This document shows, piece after piece, positions 26,392 through 28,302 of a DNA stretch of 28,302 nucleotides. Source of the DNA: a virus (Duplodnaviria > Caudoviricetes); the IMG/VR virus record IMGVR_UViG_3300044724_011066, positions 1-28,302 of that record. One strand, written 5' to 3'. Position numbers and translations under genes: made by a program. The notes under the pieces were generated by a model. It was not told the DNA's origin. It did not search any database and worked only from the letters and a program-made list of their open reading frames with translations. Positions within the stretch are counted from its first letter, which is position 1. The number at the start of each line of letters is the position of its first letter.

Positions 26392-27195
26392 TTACCTCGG
26401 GCAATGTTTTGTATGTTTGAATTCACAATAAGTGCAATTCATTCTATTCTTAAAGTATAACTGTTTGTGAATATTATAAACTGCTTTTTTTGTAAAGTCA
26501 AGAGCATTTTCAACTTTTTTTTGCCCTGAAGTGATTTTAAATATTTCTACCCTATTTTTCTTTGCTGTTCTTTTAAGAAGCGCAAAATGACATTCAACGT
26601 CTTTTAGTGGAATACCGTATTTCTTAGCATAAAAATACTTGTAAAGAACTAACTGGTAGTTTGTCATCTTGCTGCTTTTCTTTTCTGCTTTCCATCCCCA
26701 AGAACAAGTTTTGTAGTCTAGAATGTGAATCTTGCCATCTGAAGTCTTGATAATAAGATCGATAAAACCTTTGAAAGAAAAGTTATAATCAATGTCTAGA
26801 TCTTCTTTACAGTCTTCATAAAGAGAATATTCTACAGCAACTAACTCAAACTTGCCGAATTCGATGCGAAGGGCGGGTAAGATAAGCTCAACAAGATCTT
26901 CACCCTGTGCTTTCATCTGCTCTACGAGCATTTCATCGTATTCTACACCATCTTTTTGGAGTTGGTTGATTTGTTTTGTAAAATCTTTTTGGAAATAAGA
27001 AATAGGGTCTTCTATGTTCTCCAAAAGCAACTGTTCCGCTGTGTTGTGAACAGCGGAACCAAAAGCGGTATGGGCAGAGCCCTTGAAACCAGCAATGTCG
27101 TCGACGTATACTAGTTTGTGATACCAAGGGCATTTATGCCAATTGGAAAGTTCGGAAAAAGAAATATGTGGTTTATGTAGCTTCGGCTCGGTCAT
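26392..27195 (-). CDS. PD-(D/E)XK nuclease, RecB/AddB/Cas4-like, with probable Fe-S staple
   Basis: ISFSEL..W.KCPW, FGSAVH, VEY, KGFIDL and ILDYKT; C-terminal CTYC-x7-C plus the N-terminal Cys. Confidence 0.88.
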   Translation of the reverse strand: MTEPKLHKPHISFSELSNWHKCPWYHKLVYVDDIAGFKGSAHTAFGSAVHNTAEQLLLENIEDPISYFQKDFTKQINQLQKDGVEYDEMLVEQMKAQGEDLVELILPALRIEFGKFELVAVEYSLYEDCKEDLDIDYNFSFKGFIDLIIKTSDGKIHILDYKTCSWGWKAEKKSSKMTNYQLVLYKYFYAKKYGIPLKDVECHFALLKRTAKKNRVEIFKITSGQKKVENALDFTKKAVYNIHKQLYFKNRMNCTYCEFKHTKHCPR

Positions 27196-27823
27196 TTAGC
27201 TCCTTTATCTTGTTAAACGCCTCTGGTGAGATCTTAGCAGATGCGGAGGCGCTTGTCAAGTAAAAGTGCTCAAAAGCGTTGGCCCAGTATTCCCTGAGAG
27301 ATGTCGCCCCATACGGAGAGGCGAAGAGGCCTGGGGTTAGGATGTGTAAGATGTCGTAGCCAACAGTTTGATAAAGAAACTCATCCCATTCTGGGTCATA
27401 CTCAAACGGAACAGTTTTAAGGAACTTTTTTGGGATTCCTATTTGAGCTTGCTTTCCCATTAGACCGATTAGTTTTAAGTATTTTTCTTTATACTCTTGT
27501 TGGATCTTGCCGTCGCCATAGATAAAGCCAGTGAAGCGCTCTTCAAGAGAGTGCGCAACCTCGTGAACAATGTCGTCTAGAAAGTCCTGCTCGGAAGACT
27601 GTTCAGGCAAGACATAGATAGCGCCGTCAGCATAGGCAGCATTTAGCTCTCTTTCTCTAAGATCCTCAAACTCACCAACATAAATAACATCGATGCCTTG
27701 CATTAGAAAATAACCCGGTAAGGCTTTTTCTAATTTTTCCAAGGCTTGTTTAAAATCAAACCTAGTCTTTCCTTGTATAAAAACCTCAATTTGTCCGGCG
27801 TATAAAGTAAAAAAATTATTCAT
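27173..27823 (-). CDS. Zincin-like metallopeptidase-fold protein (HExxH)
   Basis: AAYADGAIYV, IVHEVAHSLE and a distal SPYGATSLREYWANAFE supplying the third-ligand Glu. Confidence 0.65.
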   Translation of the reverse strand: MNNFFTLYAGQIEVFIQGKTRFDFKQALEKLEKALPGYFLMQGIDVIYVGEFEDLRERELNAAYADGAIYVLPEQSSEQDFLDDIVHEVAHSLEERFTGFIYGDGKIQQEYKEKYLKLIGLMGKQAQIGIPKKFLKTVPFEYDPEWDEFLYQTVGYDILHILTPGLFASPYGATSLREYWANAFEHFYLTSASASAKISPEAFNKIKELNDRAEAT

Positions 27824-28085
27824 CGTCTTCAGCTTGCGGACCTAGATCGTCCATTGCTTGCTCATAGCCACGAATAAAGTTTTCCTCAGCAAGAGCAAAA
27901 ACAAGCTCTGGGAAGTGTGAAGCCAGTACATCAATAACCATCTCAACCGTAACATTGCCGGTTTCCGGTTGAAGTTCTTTTCCAACATAATCAACAACAA
28001 AAGTTTTTAGTTCGTTGTCGACTTGCACAACCTCATCAAGGTCAGGGTTGTGCATTGCTTCTTCCATTGTTTTTATCTTTTCCAT
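27816..28085 (-). CDS. Hypothetical acidic protein
   Basis: 89 aa; SD GAGGT upstream; coupled to the next gene. Confidence 0.75.
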   Translation of the reverse strand: MEKIKTMEEAMHNPDLDEVVQVDNELKTFVVDYVGKELQPETGNVTVEMVIDVLASHFPELVFALAEENFIRGYEQAMDDLGPQAEDDE

Positions 28086-28096
28086 TTTTTTACCTC

Positions 28097-28302
28097 TTAT
28101 AAGATCTTGGATGCTAGAGTAGCAATTTTGGAGCGCTCGCCTCTAACTAGTGTGACGTGGCCGGAGATCTCGTACTCCTTGAACTTCTCAACTGCGTAAG
28201 CAAGTCCGTTTGATGTCTCGTCAGTATAGTCATTATCGATTTGCTCAATGTCTCCGGTGAGAACAATCTTTGTATTATTTCCAACACGTGTAATAATAGT
28301 TT
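28097..28302 (-). CDS. phoH: PhoH-family ATPase, C-terminal part only (runs off the right edge)
   Basis: Not in the ORF track; translated by hand: TIITRVGNNTKIVLTGDIEQIDNDYTDETSNGLAYAVEKFKEYEISGHVTLVRGERSKIATLASKIL*. The TRxG, GDxxQxD, SNGL and ERS motifs are PhoH signatures. Confidence 0.9.
   Translation of the reverse strand, partial: TIITRVGNNTKIVLTGDIEQIDNDYTDETSNGLAYAVEKFKEYEISGHVTLVRGERSKIATLASKIL

Noticed and set aside
2874-27133. Remaining short nested ORFs in the track (e.g. 2874, 5658, 5919, 6001, 9966, 14939, 16420, 20623, 24455, 24525, 24697, 25390, 25699, 26037, 26933)
   Set aside because: All overlap well-supported genes, and the one at 14939 also reads through the terminator; no independent coding signal.
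26392-27195. Cas4-like gene as evidence of a CRISPR-Cas system
   Set aside because: No repeat-spacer array or other cas genes in the window; solo PD-(D/E)XK nucleases are common in phages.
1-28302. tRNA/ncRNA genes, introns, inteins, stop-codon recoding
   Set aside because: No intergenic gap is longer than about 55 nt, the recognisable enzymes are uninterrupted, and standard-code ORFs tile the window fully.

Overview
This window is a fragment of a large tailed phage genome, most likely a myovirus with a T4-superfamily-type baseplate. The host cannot be assigned from this window. Every credible gene is on the minus strand, densely packed and often translationally coupled. In transcription order (right to left) the genes are: PhoH (partial), a small hypothetical protein, an HExxH metallopeptidase-like protein and a Cas4/RecB-like PD-(D/E)XK nuclease. 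Next comes a ~11 kb sugar biosynthesis and glycosylation locus: GT4, a GT4-GT2 fusion, RmlB, three divergent GT-A-like proteins, two SAM methyltransferases, a DegT aminotransferase, an FdtA/QdtA cupin, Fcl and Gmd. A small gene and an intrinsic terminator close that locus. After it come an FmdB zinc-ribbon protein, a membrane protein and a gp55-like late sigma factor. The window ends with a virion module: an 830-aa protein with a CHAP-like domain, an HxH spike-like protein, a 1863-aa unknown, gp25-like and gp6-like baseplate proteins, a DNRLRE-like protein and a partial LamG-like protein. Two signals stand out. The first is a flippase-free, compositionally mosaic glycosylation cassette that looks like a swappable phage 'glycotype' system. 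The second is a recurring AACTA(T/A)TTA motif upstream of structural genes, a candidate non-T4 late promoter for the adjacent sigma factor. All family calls come from motif recognition by eye; no database searches were run.
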